Shown here: piece by piece, positions 20,746-30,908 of the stretch
Position numbering within the stretch: the first letter of the stretch is position 1
Layout of the letters: each line of letters starts with the position of its first letter
From: an uncultured Methanosarcinales archaeon
GTDB taxonomy: Archaea; Nanobdellota; Nanobdellia; Woesearchaeales; JACPBV01
Assembly: GCA_964492935.1 (NCBI GenBank)
Contig: CAZBLF010000004.1
Span: 1 to 60,289, forward strand
Direction of reading: 5' to 3'
Length of the DNA stretch: 60,289 nt
Notes under the pieces: model-generated
Databases searched by the model: none
Seen by the model: only the letters and a program-made list of their open reading frames with translations
What the model was told of the DNA's origin: nothing
Made by a program: the position numbers and the translations under genes

Positions 20746-20931
20746 CTATTTCTGCTTTCTTAAATAAAGATTGTAATATTGACATCCAACATATAACTGT
20801 TACAAGCACTAAAAAATCACACCATTATTTACCATCAAATTCTCAAGCACCCCAACAACGAGAAACGAGGGGGTCCTTTATTTACCCAAGTTTCAGATAT
20901 CTTTTTATAGCCACCATCACAATAAAAACCT

Positions 20932-21861
20932 ATGAAAAAACAGGTAAAAATAGTAGTTGCAGTGGCAATCACCATCGGCCTACTCTTCATTCTAGCACAA
21001 TCAATTACCTTACAAGCATTGAAAGAAGCCTTCCAATCCTTCTCACCAACCATCCTAGCAATAGCATTCATCGCATACCTCATCGCTAACTATTTTCGCG
21101 CAGCAAGATTCCAGGGAATGCTTGAAAAGCACATATCAACAAAAAACCTCTTCGGAATCGTCTGCCTACACAACCTATTCGCACAACTCCTACCTGCAAG
21201 AACTGGTGAAGTCAGTTTCCTAGTAATGATAAAGAAAAAAGGAATTGCAATAGAAAACAACATCGCAACACTAGGAATGGCAAGAATTCTAGACGCATTT
21301 GTTGTAGCTGCAATCCTAGTAGTAGGAATCCTAGCCCTACCCACCAAAGAAAACACTCTCCTAACGACATCAGTAGCTTTGTTAATACTGTTAGCACTAG
21401 GATTACTAACACTCTACGCTCGCCCCACCTGGATAACAAAGATCATAGAACTCATCCTACCCAACAAACCAGCATGGCTACAAACGATTAAAACTAAAAT
21501 CATAGGAACCATACACGCACTTTCCAAAATCCTCCACAACAAAGGAAAAATAAAACTCACCATCAACACCCTAGGCATCTGGCTTTTCATGTATATTTCA
21601 ACCATAGCACTGCTAAAAGCAGTCATCCCAGAAATCACCTTACTCGGCACCTTACTAGTAGCATCCCTACCCGTAATCGTATCAGCTCTACCCATCCACG
21701 GAGTTGCAGGCTACGGATCAACCGAAGTAGCCTACTTATTACCTTTAGTCTTACTAGGAATCTCATCAGAAACAGCCATTGCAGCAGGATTCGCTATTCA
21801 TACCATAGAATTAATCTTTATGCTAGTAGCTGCACCGTTAGGTCCGCTCTTCAACCGTTAA
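20932..21861 (+). CDS. UPF0104/LPG-synthase TM family (flippase-like)
   Basis: RAARF...LLPARTGE...ARILD...LPIHGVAGYGSTE. Confidence 0.85.
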   Translation: MKKQVKIVVAVAITIGLLFILAQSITLQALKEAFQSFSPTILAIAFIAYLIANYFRAARFQGMLEKHISTKNLFGIVCLHNLFAQLLPARTGEVSFLVMIKKKGIAIENNIATLGMARILDAFVVAAILVVGILALPTKENTLLTTSVALLILLALGLLTLYARPTWITKIIELILPNKPAWLQTIKTKIIGTIHALSKILHNKGKIKLTINTLGIWLFMYISTIALLKAVIPEITLLGTLLVASLPVIVSALPIHGVAGYGSTEVAYLLPLVLLGISSETAIAAGFAIHTIELIFMLVAAPLGPLFNR

Positions 21862-22986
21862 CGCCTTCTTCCACTTACCAACATACTGTTCCCAACTAAA
21901 CACGCGAGCATAATACTCTTTAGCACCGCTCCCAAGCGCCTCACGTTTACGAGCATCCAAAGCTAACTTCTCAACACCAGCAACTAAAGCATCAACATCA
22001 TTCGAAACAATAAGAGCATTAGTAGAATTCAAATGACACTTATGGGATTCAGTAGAAACCGCTAAAATTGCCTTACCAGCACGCAAGAACACCGTAACTT
22101 TAGACGGAAAACCATTATCCAAATATCGTAAAGAAAGTGCAATATCTCCCAAAGCAACCACGGAAGGCATCTCACTAAATTCAGGGCTATACGTAATAAC
22201 ATTAGCATACAAAGAAGGATCAAACAGTTTACGAATATCTCCATCACTTCCCGCAATCAAAAACTTAATGCGAGAAAAGATCTCATGCTTACTTTCCGAA
22301 ACAGCTTCTATCAAAGAAACCAACATCTCACTTCCCTGATAATGAGCTAAATTACCCATCCACAGTACAATAATATCGTTATTTTCAATACCGAGCTTCT
22401 TTCGAAGCGCAGCAACAGCAGCCATATCCGGCTTCTCGTTCCTATTAGCAGGCACCACCGGCATATCGAAACTAGCCACCGGATATCGCTCTTTCAAATA
22501 GGAAACTTCACGTGTAGTAATCGGAACCAACACATCAGCTCCTCGAAAAACAATCTTCTCATAACCACGAAGCAGAAAGCTCAACACCCCGCCAGGAGCA
22601 CCACTCTCATGCGGCAGACAGTGCATCCGATACACATGCCTTTTCTTAAACAGTTTACGTAGTATCAAACCCGGAAACGCACCATCCTCCAAACTAACAA
22701 TCTGAGAATATTTTTCACGCCTCATCAAAGAATAAGCCTTAGCAAACAGCAAAGGCATCAATACCAATTTACGAAGACTGAATCCTGGAGGCAGAGAAGA
22801 AAACGGATGCTTTACTCGATGAACGCTACAATGCTCTATAGTAGTAGCAGTCCCAATCGAAGTAGTAACCAAATCAACAGAATAACCACAAGAAACTATA
22901 GCACGAACAATATTCATGATAGCCAGTGGCGTACCCCGATTAATAACATAAGGTTGCGGACATAACAGAATAACTTTTTCTCTCAT
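21838..22986 (-). CDS. Glycosyltransferase family 4
   Basis: GTPL, GNLAHYQG, GFPSKV, FSWE motifs; start at MREKVIL. Confidence 0.85.
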   Translation of the reverse strand: MREKVILLCPQPYVINRGTPLAIMNIVRAIVSCGYSVDLVTTSIGTATTIEHCSVHRVKHPFSSLPPGFSLRKLVLMPLLFAKAYSLMRREKYSQIVSLEDGAFPGLILRKLFKKRHVYRMHCLPHESGAPGGVLSFLLRGYEKIVFRGADVLVPITTREVSYLKERYPVASFDMPVVPANRNEKPDMAAVAALRKKLGIENNDIIVLWMGNLAHYQGSEMLVSLIEAVSESKHEIFSRIKFLIAGSDGDIRKLFDPSLYANVITYSPEFSEMPSVVALGDIALSLRYLDNGFPSKVTVFLRAGKAILAVSTESHKCHLNSTNALIVSNDVDALVAGVEKLALDARKREALGSGAKEYYARVFSWEQYVGKWKKALTVEERT

Positions 22987-22987
22987 C

Positions 22988-23917
22988 TTAAGCAAATTCC
23001 TTCCGGTACCAAGCAACCGTCTCAGAAATTCCATCTGGTAATGAAGTAGGAGGTTCCCACTCCAGAATCTTCTTCATCTTCTCAGCAATCAAAATCTTTT
23101 TCATAGCGCCATCCGGTTTATCCGTAGCATACGTAAACGAACCTGCCCATCCAGCCTTTTCTTTAATCATTTCAGCCAATTCACTAATCGAAACACCTTT
23201 AGTAACCCCAATGTTCATCACATCGTTAGCAGAAAACGAATCAAAACGTGAAATCGATTTAACAATAGAATCGGCACCATCCTCAACATACAACCACTCC
23301 CGAATCGGTTTACCCGAACCCCAAATCTCGATGGTATCATCACCGTTCTTCTGAGCCTCCATGATCTTCTTCAGTAAAGCACCTAAAGCATGACTCCGAA
23401 TAGGTTCAAAATGATCGTTAGGACCATACATGTTAGGAAAGATCAAATGAACCGGTCTAAAATCAGCATCCTGTTTACAATAAGACAAACAAGCACCCCA
23501 TAACAATCTACGAGGCATAGCATAACTCAAAATAGATTCATGTACTGCACCATCCCAAAGCAAAGACTCCTCGTATTCTCCCAATTTGCCAGGATACACA
23601 CAGTTAGGCACAACATTCAGCACCTTCTTAATACCAGCCGCATGACACGCCTTAATCAAATTCAATCCAATATGAACGTTATCCTCGAAAATCTCAACCG
23701 GATGCAATGCATTGTACCCAATACCTCCAACATGAGCAGCACAATGTACAACCAATTCCGGCTTCTCCGCATCCAAGAACGTCTTAAACGCATCAAAATC
23801 ACGAATATCAATACCCTCGCTCCGACTACAAGAAACAACCTCGTGTCCAGCCTCCTTCAATTTAGGAAGAAGTGCTTTCCCCAAAAATCCAGTGCCACCT
23901 GTTACAACGACCTTCAT
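22988..23917 (-). CDS. GDP-L-fucose synthase-like epimerase/reductase
   Basis: AAHVGGIGYN, CVYP, NMYGPND, IWGSGKPIREWLYVED, KPDG. The YxxxK motif is altered to YAMPR. Confidence 0.85.
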   Translation of the reverse strand: MKVVVTGGTGFLGKALLPKLKEAGHEVVSCSRSEGIDIRDFDAFKTFLDAEKPELVVHCAAHVGGIGYNALHPVEIFEDNVHIGLNLIKACHAAGIKKVLNVVPNCVYPGKLGEYEESLLWDGAVHESILSYAMPRRLLWGACLSYCKQDADFRPVHLIFPNMYGPNDHFEPIRSHALGALLKKIMEAQKNGDDTIEIWGSGKPIREWLYVEDGADSIVKSISRFDSFSANDVMNIGVTKGVSISELAEMIKEKAGWAGSFTYATDKPDGAMKKILIAEKMKKILEWEPPTSLPDGISETVAWYRKEFA

Positions 23918-24996
23918 GCATAAAACTCCTTGATAGCCTTACAAATGGCATCAATCTGTTCATCAGTAACCTTAATGGATGACGGCAACCACAATCCGCG
24001 CGAAGCAAAGTCTTCAGTAACCGGAAACGAACCCGAAACAGAATAAGCTTCCTGCGAATGAATAGGTGGATAAATGGGACGACTACCAAATCCCTTCTCC
24101 TTAAGAAAAGCAATCAACTCATCACGTCGAGAAACATAAACATCCATGAACCAAGGTGCAGTATTCTCTAAATCAGTAGCAATAAACGAAACCGAATCAA
24201 CACCTGCTAACCCAGACTGATATCGCTTAAACATCTCCTTCTTACGAGCAACTCTATCAGCCAGTTTCTTCATCTGCTCAACCCCAATCACAGCCTGCAT
24301 ATCAGTAAATTTGAAATTGTACCCAATCGAATCGTGGAAATCATTTCCGCCACCCGATCTGCCAAAGTCCTTCAACTTCCGCATCTTCTCATAAAGTCCA
24401 TCATCATCCGTAATCAAAGCACCGCCCTGACCCGTGGTAATAATCTTAGGAGCGCTAAACGAGAAACTACCAATCTGACCATACCGACCAATATGTTTGC
24501 CCTTAAAGAAACTTCCAAGCGACTGAGCCGCATCCTCAATAAAAAACAAACCATGCTTCGAACAAAATTCCTTTACTTCAAGTAAATCATTAGTCCGACC
24601 ATTAAAAGAAACATGAATCAGCGCCTTAGTTTTATCAGAAACCATTTTTTCAGCAGCATCTAAATCCATACAAAGAGTATCAGCTGAAACATCAACAAAC
24701 CGAGGCACACCTCCAATCATTATAGCCGAATTAGGAGTAGCAATCATCGTCATGTCAGGAACCAAAACTTCATCCCCAGACGTAACACCAGCAGCAAGTA
24801 AAGCAAGTGACAAACTAATCGTACCATTATTCGTAACCACACAATGCTTAGCCCCTGTAAAATCACAAATCATCTTCTCAAATTCCTCGGTCTTCTTAAA
24901 TTCAGTCAACCAAGCACCAGAAGACAGATATGAATTCATAGCAGAAACTTCAGCAGCATCAATAACCGGCTCCATCTGCGGAATGAAATCACTCAT
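23914..24996 (-). CDS. DegT/DnrJ/EryC1/StrS sugar aminotransferase (perosamine synthase-like)
   Basis: IEDAAQSLG, SFSAPKIITTGQGG, GYNFKFTDMQA motifs. Confidence 0.92.
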   Translation of the reverse strand: MSDFIPQMEPVIDAAEVSAMNSYLSSGAWLTEFKKTEEFEKMICDFTGAKHCVVTNNGTISLSLALLAAGVTSGDEVLVPDMTMIATPNSAIMIGGVPRFVDVSADTLCMDLDAAEKMVSDKTKALIHVSFNGRTNDLLEVKEFCSKHGLFFIEDAAQSLGSFFKGKHIGRYGQIGSFSFSAPKIITTGQGGALITDDDGLYEKMRKLKDFGRSGGGNDFHDSIGYNFKFTDMQAVIGVEQMKKLADRVARKKEMFKRYQSGLAGVDSVSFIATDLENTAPWFMDVYVSRRDELIAFLKEKGFGSRPIYPPIHSQEAYSVSGSFPVTEDFASRGLWLPSSIKVTDEQIDAICKAIKEFYA

Positions 24997-25408
24997 CAGA
25001 AATCACCTCCTTATCCTTTTCAATTCCGGGGTAGGGACCATTCTTAACCTCAAAAACCTCGGTACCATCCTCTAAAATATGATATGAATGACCGCCAAGC
25101 ATCACTAAAATTGCCTGACCCTCTTTAACCACATACGTACCAATAACCGATTCATCCTCAGCATACAAAGTAACCTCTAATGAACCCTTCTTCACATACA
25201 CAAATTCCTGTGTAATGGTAGAGACACGCTCACAAACCTTGTGCGAATGAGGCGCGGTAACATGACCGGCATCATACTTCCAAGATCCCACCTGAACAAA
25301 CTTCTCGTCCTCAGTATAAAACGACAAACCAGAACCTAAATTATTACCATCTATAATACGCGCATACTCCTTGCCCGAATGTTCAATCTTCTGCATATTC
25401 TCGACCAT
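24989..25408 (-). CDS. Cupin-fold protein (sugar-nucleotide isomerase-like)
   Basis: PHSH...TQEF...GGH...EVKNGPY; GGAG RBS before MVENMQ. Confidence 0.75.
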   Translation of the reverse strand: MVENMQKIEHSGKEYARIIDGNNLGSGLSFYTEDEKFVQVGSWKYDAGHVTAPHSHKVCERVSTITQEFVYVKKGSLEVTLYAEDESVIGTYVVKEGQAILVMLGGHSYHILEDGTEVFEVKNGPYPGIEKDKEVISDE

Positions 25409-25412
25409 CGTT

Positions 25413-26336
25413 TTAGTATCTCCTGTAAGTATATAATGTTTTATCCTTGTAATAATTCTTAACACAAATATCCGCAATAATACCCGATACAATCAAGTTC
25501 AATCCAATCAACACTAAAAAGATCGCAATCGTAGGTAAAAAAGTATTAGATAAATCAACATCCTGCATAATCTTCAAGTAAATGGAAATCATACCAGCTA
25601 CAAATCCCATAAAACCTACAGAAAGACCAAGAAAACCAAACACGTGAATGGGCCTATTAGAGTATTTCTGCCAGAACCACACCAAAATCAGATCCATAAA
25701 GCCCTTAAACAAACGAGACATCGAATATTTAGTCTTACCATGCTTCCGAGCACGATGATTGACCTTAATCTCTCCAACTCTATAGCCCTTCCAAGTAAGA
25801 AGAGCAGTAATGTAACGATGCATCTCTCCAAATAAACGAATATCCTTAACACTTTCAGCACGATACACTTTCAACGAACATCCAGAGTCATGAATTCTCT
25901 CACCCGTCAACCATCTCCTAAGAGGATTAGCAATCGAAGAAAAGAATCTTTTGGAAAAGGAATCATGCCTATCTTTTCTCCATCCACTAATAGCATCATA
26001 CTTATCAGTTAAAGCATCTAACATTCTAGGAATATCTTTAGGATCATTCTGCAAGTCACTATCCATAACAACAATAACATCACCTGAAGCTTCTTTAAAG
26101 CCAGCCTCCCATGCCGAGCTCTGACCAAAGTTTCGTCTAAACCGCAACGCTACAACAGAGCTATCTTTCTTCTTCACCTGCATAATCTGCTTGAACGTAT
26201 CATCCGAAGAACCATCATCAATAAAGATAATCTCATACGTATGCTTCATCGAATCTAATACTGATTTCAACTCAGAATACAGAGGAATCACATTACCTGA
26301 TTCATTGTACGTTGGCAAAATAATGCTTAATTTCAT
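25413..26336 (-). CDS. Glycosyltransferase family 2 (ArnC/DPM-like) with C-terminal TMs
   Basis: DDGSSD, RRNFGQS, MDSDLQNDP, GEMHRY motifs. Confidence 0.92.
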   Translation of the reverse strand: MKLSIILPTYNESGNVIPLYSELKSVLDSMKHTYEIIFIDDGSSDDTFKQIMQVKKKDSSVVALRFRRNFGQSSAWEAGFKEASGDVIVVMDSDLQNDPKDIPRMLDALTDKYDAISGWRKDRHDSFSKRFFSSIANPLRRWLTGERIHDSGCSLKVYRAESVKDIRLFGEMHRYITALLTWKGYRVGEIKVNHRARKHGKTKYSMSRLFKGFMDLILVWFWQKYSNRPIHVFGFLGLSVGFMGFVAGMISIYLKIMQDVDLSNTFLPTIAIFLVLIGLNLIVSGIIADICVKNYYKDKTLYTYRRY

Positions 26337-26374
26337 GGTTGTAGAGGGTTAAAATTCGCTATATAAAGCTTCGC

Positions 26375-26848
26375 CTAACCCCGGGACCTCCTAATTATTG
26401 AAGTAGTAGAATAACCATCAAGTAAAGTAACCACATGAATTTTACCACCATTTTTGATAACCGTAGCAGCCTCAACACAATCCTCACCATAATCACTTCC
26501 ATTAACATGAACGTCCGGTTTCAACACCGAAAGTAACGCATCAGGAGTATCCTCTGAAAATAAAGTAACATGATCTACACAACCTAAACCTGCCAATACT
26601 CTAGCACGATCAACATCCGCATTCACCGGCCTACTTGAACCCTTATTCCTCTTAACAGAGGCATCAACATTAACACCTACAATCAACACATCACCCTGCC
26701 GTTTAGCTTCCTCCAAGAAAGCAACATGACCTGCATGTAATAGATCAAACGTACCATTCGTAGTAACAATCGTTTTACCAGATGATTTAAGACCTGCAAC
26801 TAATGCAACTAATGCATCTCTCGATGTAACCTTACTCTCAGTATGCAT
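26375..26848 (-). CDS. rfaE2: D-glycero-beta-D-manno-heptose 1-phosphate adenylyltransferase (HldC)
   Basis: TNGTFDLLHAGH, KGSSRPVN, STTSII motifs. Confidence 0.88.
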   Translation of the reverse strand: MHTESKVTSRDALVALVAGLKSSGKTIVTTNGTFDLLHAGHVAFLEEAKRQGDVLIVGVNVDASVKRNKGSSRPVNADVDRARVLAGLGCVDHVTLFSEDTPDALLSVLKPDVHVNGSDYGEDCVEAATVIKNGGKIHVVTLLDGYSTTSIIRRSRG

Positions 26849-27800
26849 GCTCAATCTCCTCCTTCAAATGATCGTGACTACAAGATGAAGTTCCAATCTT
26901 ACCAACAACAATCCCAGCAGCGTGATTAGCAAGCAACGCAGCATCCTCCATCGTCGCTCCAGCACTAATCGCAAGAGCCATCGTAGCAACAACCGTATCT
27001 CCCGCTCCAGAAACATCATACACCTCTTTAGCCTTCGTCGGAATCTCAGATTTCACGCCATCGGCCTGGAACAATCCCATTCCCCGCTCTCCCATCGTAA
27101 TAAGCACATCAGAGCCCAACGTACTAACCAAATGCTCACCAATAGCATCCATCTCACTCTTTCCAGCGGCCATCTCCTCGGCCTCCTTCATATTTGGAGT
27201 AATCAACCGAGCACCCGCATACCATGCAGCGTGTTTAGGTTTAGGATCAACAATAATAGGAGCATCCGTCAACTCCTTAATAGACTTCAAAACATTTTCA
27301 GTAATAACCCCTTTAGCATAATCAGAAACAATAATAGCATCAATATCCTTCAACAAAGGACTAATCTTATCCAATAACAATTTCTCAACATCAGCCGTAA
27401 GATAGGTATCCATCTCATGATCAAAACGAATCAGCTGCTGATTCTGAGCCATAATCCGCGTTTTCTTAGTAGTAGGTTTAGAAGCATCCTGAACAATACA
27501 ATGGGTATCGATCCGACGCTTCAACATCCCATTAGTTAACGAAACACCTGCACCATCATTACCAACAACACCGGCAACAAAAACCTGACCACCTAAACTA
27601 GCAACATTACTAGCAACGTTAGCCGCACCTCCAGGAATGAAAGCCTCCTTCTCAACGCGAACAACCTGCACCGGTGCCTCAGGACTAACCCGCGTAACTC
27701 CACCGAAAATATAGGCATCGAGCATAACATCCCCTATCACAAGGATCTTTTTCTGCTTGAATCCCTCCAACAACTTCAATAACTTAGGCTTCATGAGCAT
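26838..27800 (-). CDS. rfaE1: D-glycero-beta-D-manno-heptose-7-phosphate kinase (HldA)
   Basis: GDVMLD, RVSPEAPVQV, GGAANVA, SDYAKG, DVSGAGDTV motifs. Confidence 0.92.
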   Translation of the reverse strand: MLMKPKLLKLLEGFKQKKILVIGDVMLDAYIFGGVTRVSPEAPVQVVRVEKEAFIPGGAANVASNVASLGGQVFVAGVVGNDGAGVSLTNGMLKRRIDTHCIVQDASKPTTKKTRIMAQNQQLIRFDHEMDTYLTADVEKLLLDKISPLLKDIDAIIVSDYAKGVITENVLKSIKELTDAPIIVDPKPKHAAWYAGARLITPNMKEAEEMAAGKSEMDAIGEHLVSTLGSDVLITMGERGMGLFQADGVKSEIPTKAKEVYDVSGAGDTVVATMALAISAGATMEDAALLANHAAGIVVGKIGTSSCSHDHLKEEIEHAY

Positions 27801-28683
27801 CTAACCATGCGAAATAATCCGCAATCGCCTCCTTGAGTTTCCATTGAGCAGTATATCCGAGCTCTGAACTAGCCAAATCAACCGAGGCATGCGTATGAAC
27901 CTGATATACCGAAGTATACGGATTAGCAATCCATCTCTCCGGCTTAGAACTACCCAAAACCGACTGCACCATGCGTAACACATCAACAAACGGAGTCGCA
28001 ATTCCAGTCCCAACATTATAAATTCCAGATGCACTAGCATCTAATGCCTTAACGGTAGCTGAAACAACATCCTTAACATAAATATGATCTCGCTTCTGTT
28101 CTCCTTCCTTAAAAATACCAGGATCCTCTCCAGCAAGAATTTGTTTTCTCCACTGATAAATCATGCTGCTACTAGCACCCTTCCCAGCTTCACGCATCCC
28201 AAACACGTTAAAGTACCGCAAACCAACAACAATCAACGCATCACCCTGTTCTTTAGCAAGAGCATCCATTTCAGCTTTCGACCGAGAGTAAGCATTCAAA
28301 GGTTCAACAGATTGACTTTCTTTCATAGGAACATCCCCGTTCCCATACACTCCAGCCGAGCTAATATACACAAGTTTAGCTTTCTTATCAAGCGCAAGCT
28401 TCAAAACATTCCTAAATCCAGAAACATTCTGACGCACCATCTCCTTATCATCAGTAAAAGTAGTATCCGTAATCGAAGCCTCATGAATAATGGCATCGAA
28501 ATCTTCTTCCAAAGTAAACGGCTGCGAAACATCAATATCCAAAATACCGCCATCAAAACCAACTAGATTTTCCTCATGACCAGAACTCAAATTATCTAGT
28601 ACCGTAACATCATGCTCATCCTTCAATGCATGCACAATATTAGAGCCAACAAAACCAGCTCCACCCGTAATAAGAACCTTCAT
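27784..28683 (-). CDS. hldD: ADP-L-glycero-D-manno-heptose 6-epimerase
   Basis: GGAGFVGSN, ITDTT, PLNAYSRSK, GLRYFNVFG.RE.GKG motifs; clustered with hldA/hldC. Confidence 0.85.
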   Translation of the reverse strand: MKVLITGGAGFVGSNIVHALKDEHDVTVLDNLSSGHEENLVGFDGGILDIDVSQPFTLEEDFDAIIHEASITDTTFTDDKEMVRQNVSGFRNVLKLALDKKAKLVYISSAGVYGNGDVPMKESQSVEPLNAYSRSKAEMDALAKEQGDALIVVGLRYFNVFGMREAGKGASSSMIYQWRKQILAGEDPGIFKEGEQKRDHIYVKDVVSATVKALDASASGIYNVGTGIATPFVDVLRMVQSVLGSSKPERWIANPYTSVYQVHTHASVDLASSELGYTAQWKLKEAIADYFAWLDAHEA

Positions 28684-28747
28684 TTTGAACTACCTCCCAA
28701 ATAATGGATATTCAAATTGAAGGCTACGAACGATAGTGAGTATGTTT

Positions 28748-29125
28748 TCATTCAGCATCCTCCGGAATGTCTAAGGTAGAAAGATCAACAGCACCACTAT
28801 CCACACTCCGATACGAGTCAGAATCTTCGTGATGCGTACTAAATTCAAAAATTTCACTGTCTTCTAAACCCGTAAAGCGATGCTTTGTATTGGGAGTAAT
28901 CAATAACGACTGCCCTGGAACCATAATCTGCGTTTCATCGCCCAGTTCCATCAATACTTTACCTTTAGTAACATAAAAAGTCTCATCTTTATTCTTGTGC
29001 TGATGCACACTACATCTAAATCCTTTCTTCAATTCCAGAATCTTGCCACAATACTCTTTGTTGACAACCCAAATCTCCTTACCCCATACTTTTTCAACTT
29101 CTTTGTGTTTCGTAACGACATCCAT
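28748..29125 (-). CDS. Cupin-domain protein (phosphosugar isomerase-like)
   Basis: KVWGKEIW...CSVHQHKNKDETF...HRF...EFSTHH. Confidence 0.8.
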   Translation of the reverse strand: MDVVTKHKEVEKVWGKEIWVVNKEYCGKILELKKGFRCSVHQHKNKDETFYVTKGKVLMELGDETQIMVPGQSLLITPNTKHRFTGLEDSEIFEFSTHHEDSDSYRSVDSGAVDLSTLDIPEDAE

Positions 29126-29137
29126 GCTATCACCTTC

Positions 29138-29158
29138 TGGTATGAACTATTCATACCA
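29138..29158. promoter_or_regulatory. Palindromic operator candidate of the heptose operon
   Basis: TGGTATGAA-CTA-TTCATACCA, a perfect 9-bp IR between the minus-strand TATA (~29174-29181) and the cupin RBS. Confidence 0.6.
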
Positions 29159-29258
29159 TACACTCAATGCACTATATAAAGCTTACGCTTTAAACCAGCT
29201 TTCCTCACTAGAAAGAGGATACAAAAGTACTTATACTAGTATACCATTGCATACTTTA

Positions 29259-30008
29259 GTGAAAAAGACCAAGATAGCAATCTCCATAAACCCAAACCTA
29301 CTCACTCAGATAGATGCCAAAGTAGATGGCTCAATTATCCGATCACGTTCCCAAGCAATGGAATATTACCTCCAAAAAGGTCTCAAAGAATCTTCTATCA
29401 CCACAGCCGTCTTACTAATCCGCGGCTCTCACCACAACATCTCACTAAAAACCCTCAATAACACCACATTACTCCAACAACAAATCCAATTCTTCGCAAG
29501 TAACGGAATAAAAAAAGTCCTCATCGTAACCCAACACTCAAATCTAACGAATAAACTGCTTTTAGAAACAGAAAAAGCAAAAATCGAAACCATCATTATA
29601 GAAAAAGAAGCAAAAGGCAACGCCCAAGCCCTAGCTGCAATCAAAGAACAGCTTCCAGACGCATTTCTAGTAATGTCCGGCGACACCTACAACAAGTTCG
29701 ACCTCACCAAAATGATAAAGAAGCATCTAGAAGCCGACAAACTAGCATCTATGGGATTAATGACCAGATCAAAAACCGCAACCTACGGAAACGCCATCCT
29801 TGACGGCGACTTAATCATCGATTTCCAAGAAAAACCAAAAACAAGCGCATCAAATATCGTCAATGCCGGAATCTACATCTTCAAAAAAGAAGTCTTCGAA
29901 CTCTTCGAGTCATCAAGTTCATTAGAAAAAGACATCTTTCCAAAAATAGCAAGAATAAAACAATTATTAGGCTTCTTTACCCATGGAGAGTATGAACATC
30001 TAGAATGA
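29259..30008 (+). CDS. RHH DNA-binding domain fused to a degenerate sugar-phosphate nucleotidyltransferase domain
   Basis: GTG start; KIAISINPNLLTQID...RSRSQAME RHH; then FLVMSGD, QEKP, VNAGIY, SLEKDIFP, but no GxGTR motif. Confidence 0.8.
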   Translation: MKKTKIAISINPNLLTQIDAKVDGSIIRSRSQAMEYYLQKGLKESSITTAVLLIRGSHHNISLKTLNNTTLLQQQIQFFASNGIKKVLIVTQHSNLTNKLLLETEKAKIETIIIEKEAKGNAQALAAIKEQLPDAFLVMSGDTYNKFDLTKMIKKHLEADKLASMGLMTRSKTATYGNAILDGDLIIDFQEKPKTSASNIVNAGIYIFKKEVFELFESSSSLEKDIFPKIARIKQLLGFFTHGEYEHLE

Positions 30009-30871
30009 ATGTAATCACTCAAACCTTATTACCGACCTTTCTCATCATAGCAGTAGGGTATTTCATAGGAAAGAAAAAGAAAGTAAACCTAGAACCGTTC
30101 ACCGATCTCATCATCTACATCACAGGACCAGCCCTCATCCTATTCTCCATAGCAAAATCAACTCTAGACCTAAACAACGCAGCGAAAATATCACTTTCAT
30201 CGTTATTAGTAATCCTAGGAATGGGAACCATCACATTCATCCTACTCAAACTAACAAAATCAAAGAAACGCGGCCTCTATCTACCGATAACCGTAGGCAA
30301 CACAGGATTTCTAGGATTTCCTATAGCACTCTTCGCCTTCGGTAACGAAGGACTAGCCAGAGCAATAGTATACGACATCACCAACGCAATATTAATATTT
30401 ACCGTCGGTATTTACCTCATCAGCAAGCATTCAGACATCAAGGAAGCGTTCAAACTACCCCTCATCTATGCAGCAGTTCTTGGAATAATACTCAACATTA
30501 ACAAAATCCCCATCCCAAAAACCCTAGCAACCCCTCTTGAGATGATCGGACTCACCACAATACCTTTAGCACTCATGATTCTCGGCTACAACCTAACAAA
30601 AATAAAGATAACCTCCTTCAAAACCACCGTAGGCGCCTCACTCCTAAGAATCCTAGGCGGATTCACCTTTGCATTCATCATCACCTCACTTCTAGGGCTA
30701 GAAGGCATCGATCGAGGAATAGTACTCATCCTAGCCGCACAACCCTCAGCCATGATGTCGATGATTCTCTGCCAGAAATACCACCAAGACGCAGAACTAG
30801 CAGCATCCATAGTCTTCGTCAGCACCCTCATCAGCATCATCTCCATTCCCATCATTCTTTCAATAGCCTAA
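30005..30871 (+). CDS. AEC (auxin efflux carrier) family transporter
   Basis: GNTGFLGFPI motif, about 10 TM. Confidence 0.88.
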   Translation: MNVITQTLLPTFLIIAVGYFIGKKKKVNLEPFTDLIIYITGPALILFSIAKSTLDLNNAAKISLSSLLVILGMGTITFILLKLTKSKKRGLYLPITVGNTGFLGFPIALFAFGNEGLARAIVYDITNAILIFTVGIYLISKHSDIKEAFKLPLIYAAVLGIILNINKIPIPKTLATPLEMIGLTTIPLALMILGYNLTKIKITSFKTTVGASLLRILGGFTFAFIITSLLGLEGIDRGIVLILAAQPSAMMSMILCQKYHQDAELAASIVFVSTLISIISIPIILSIA

Positions 30872-30908
30872 CACAAACTTATTTAAACGAAATTCGAATT
30901 CTAAACAC

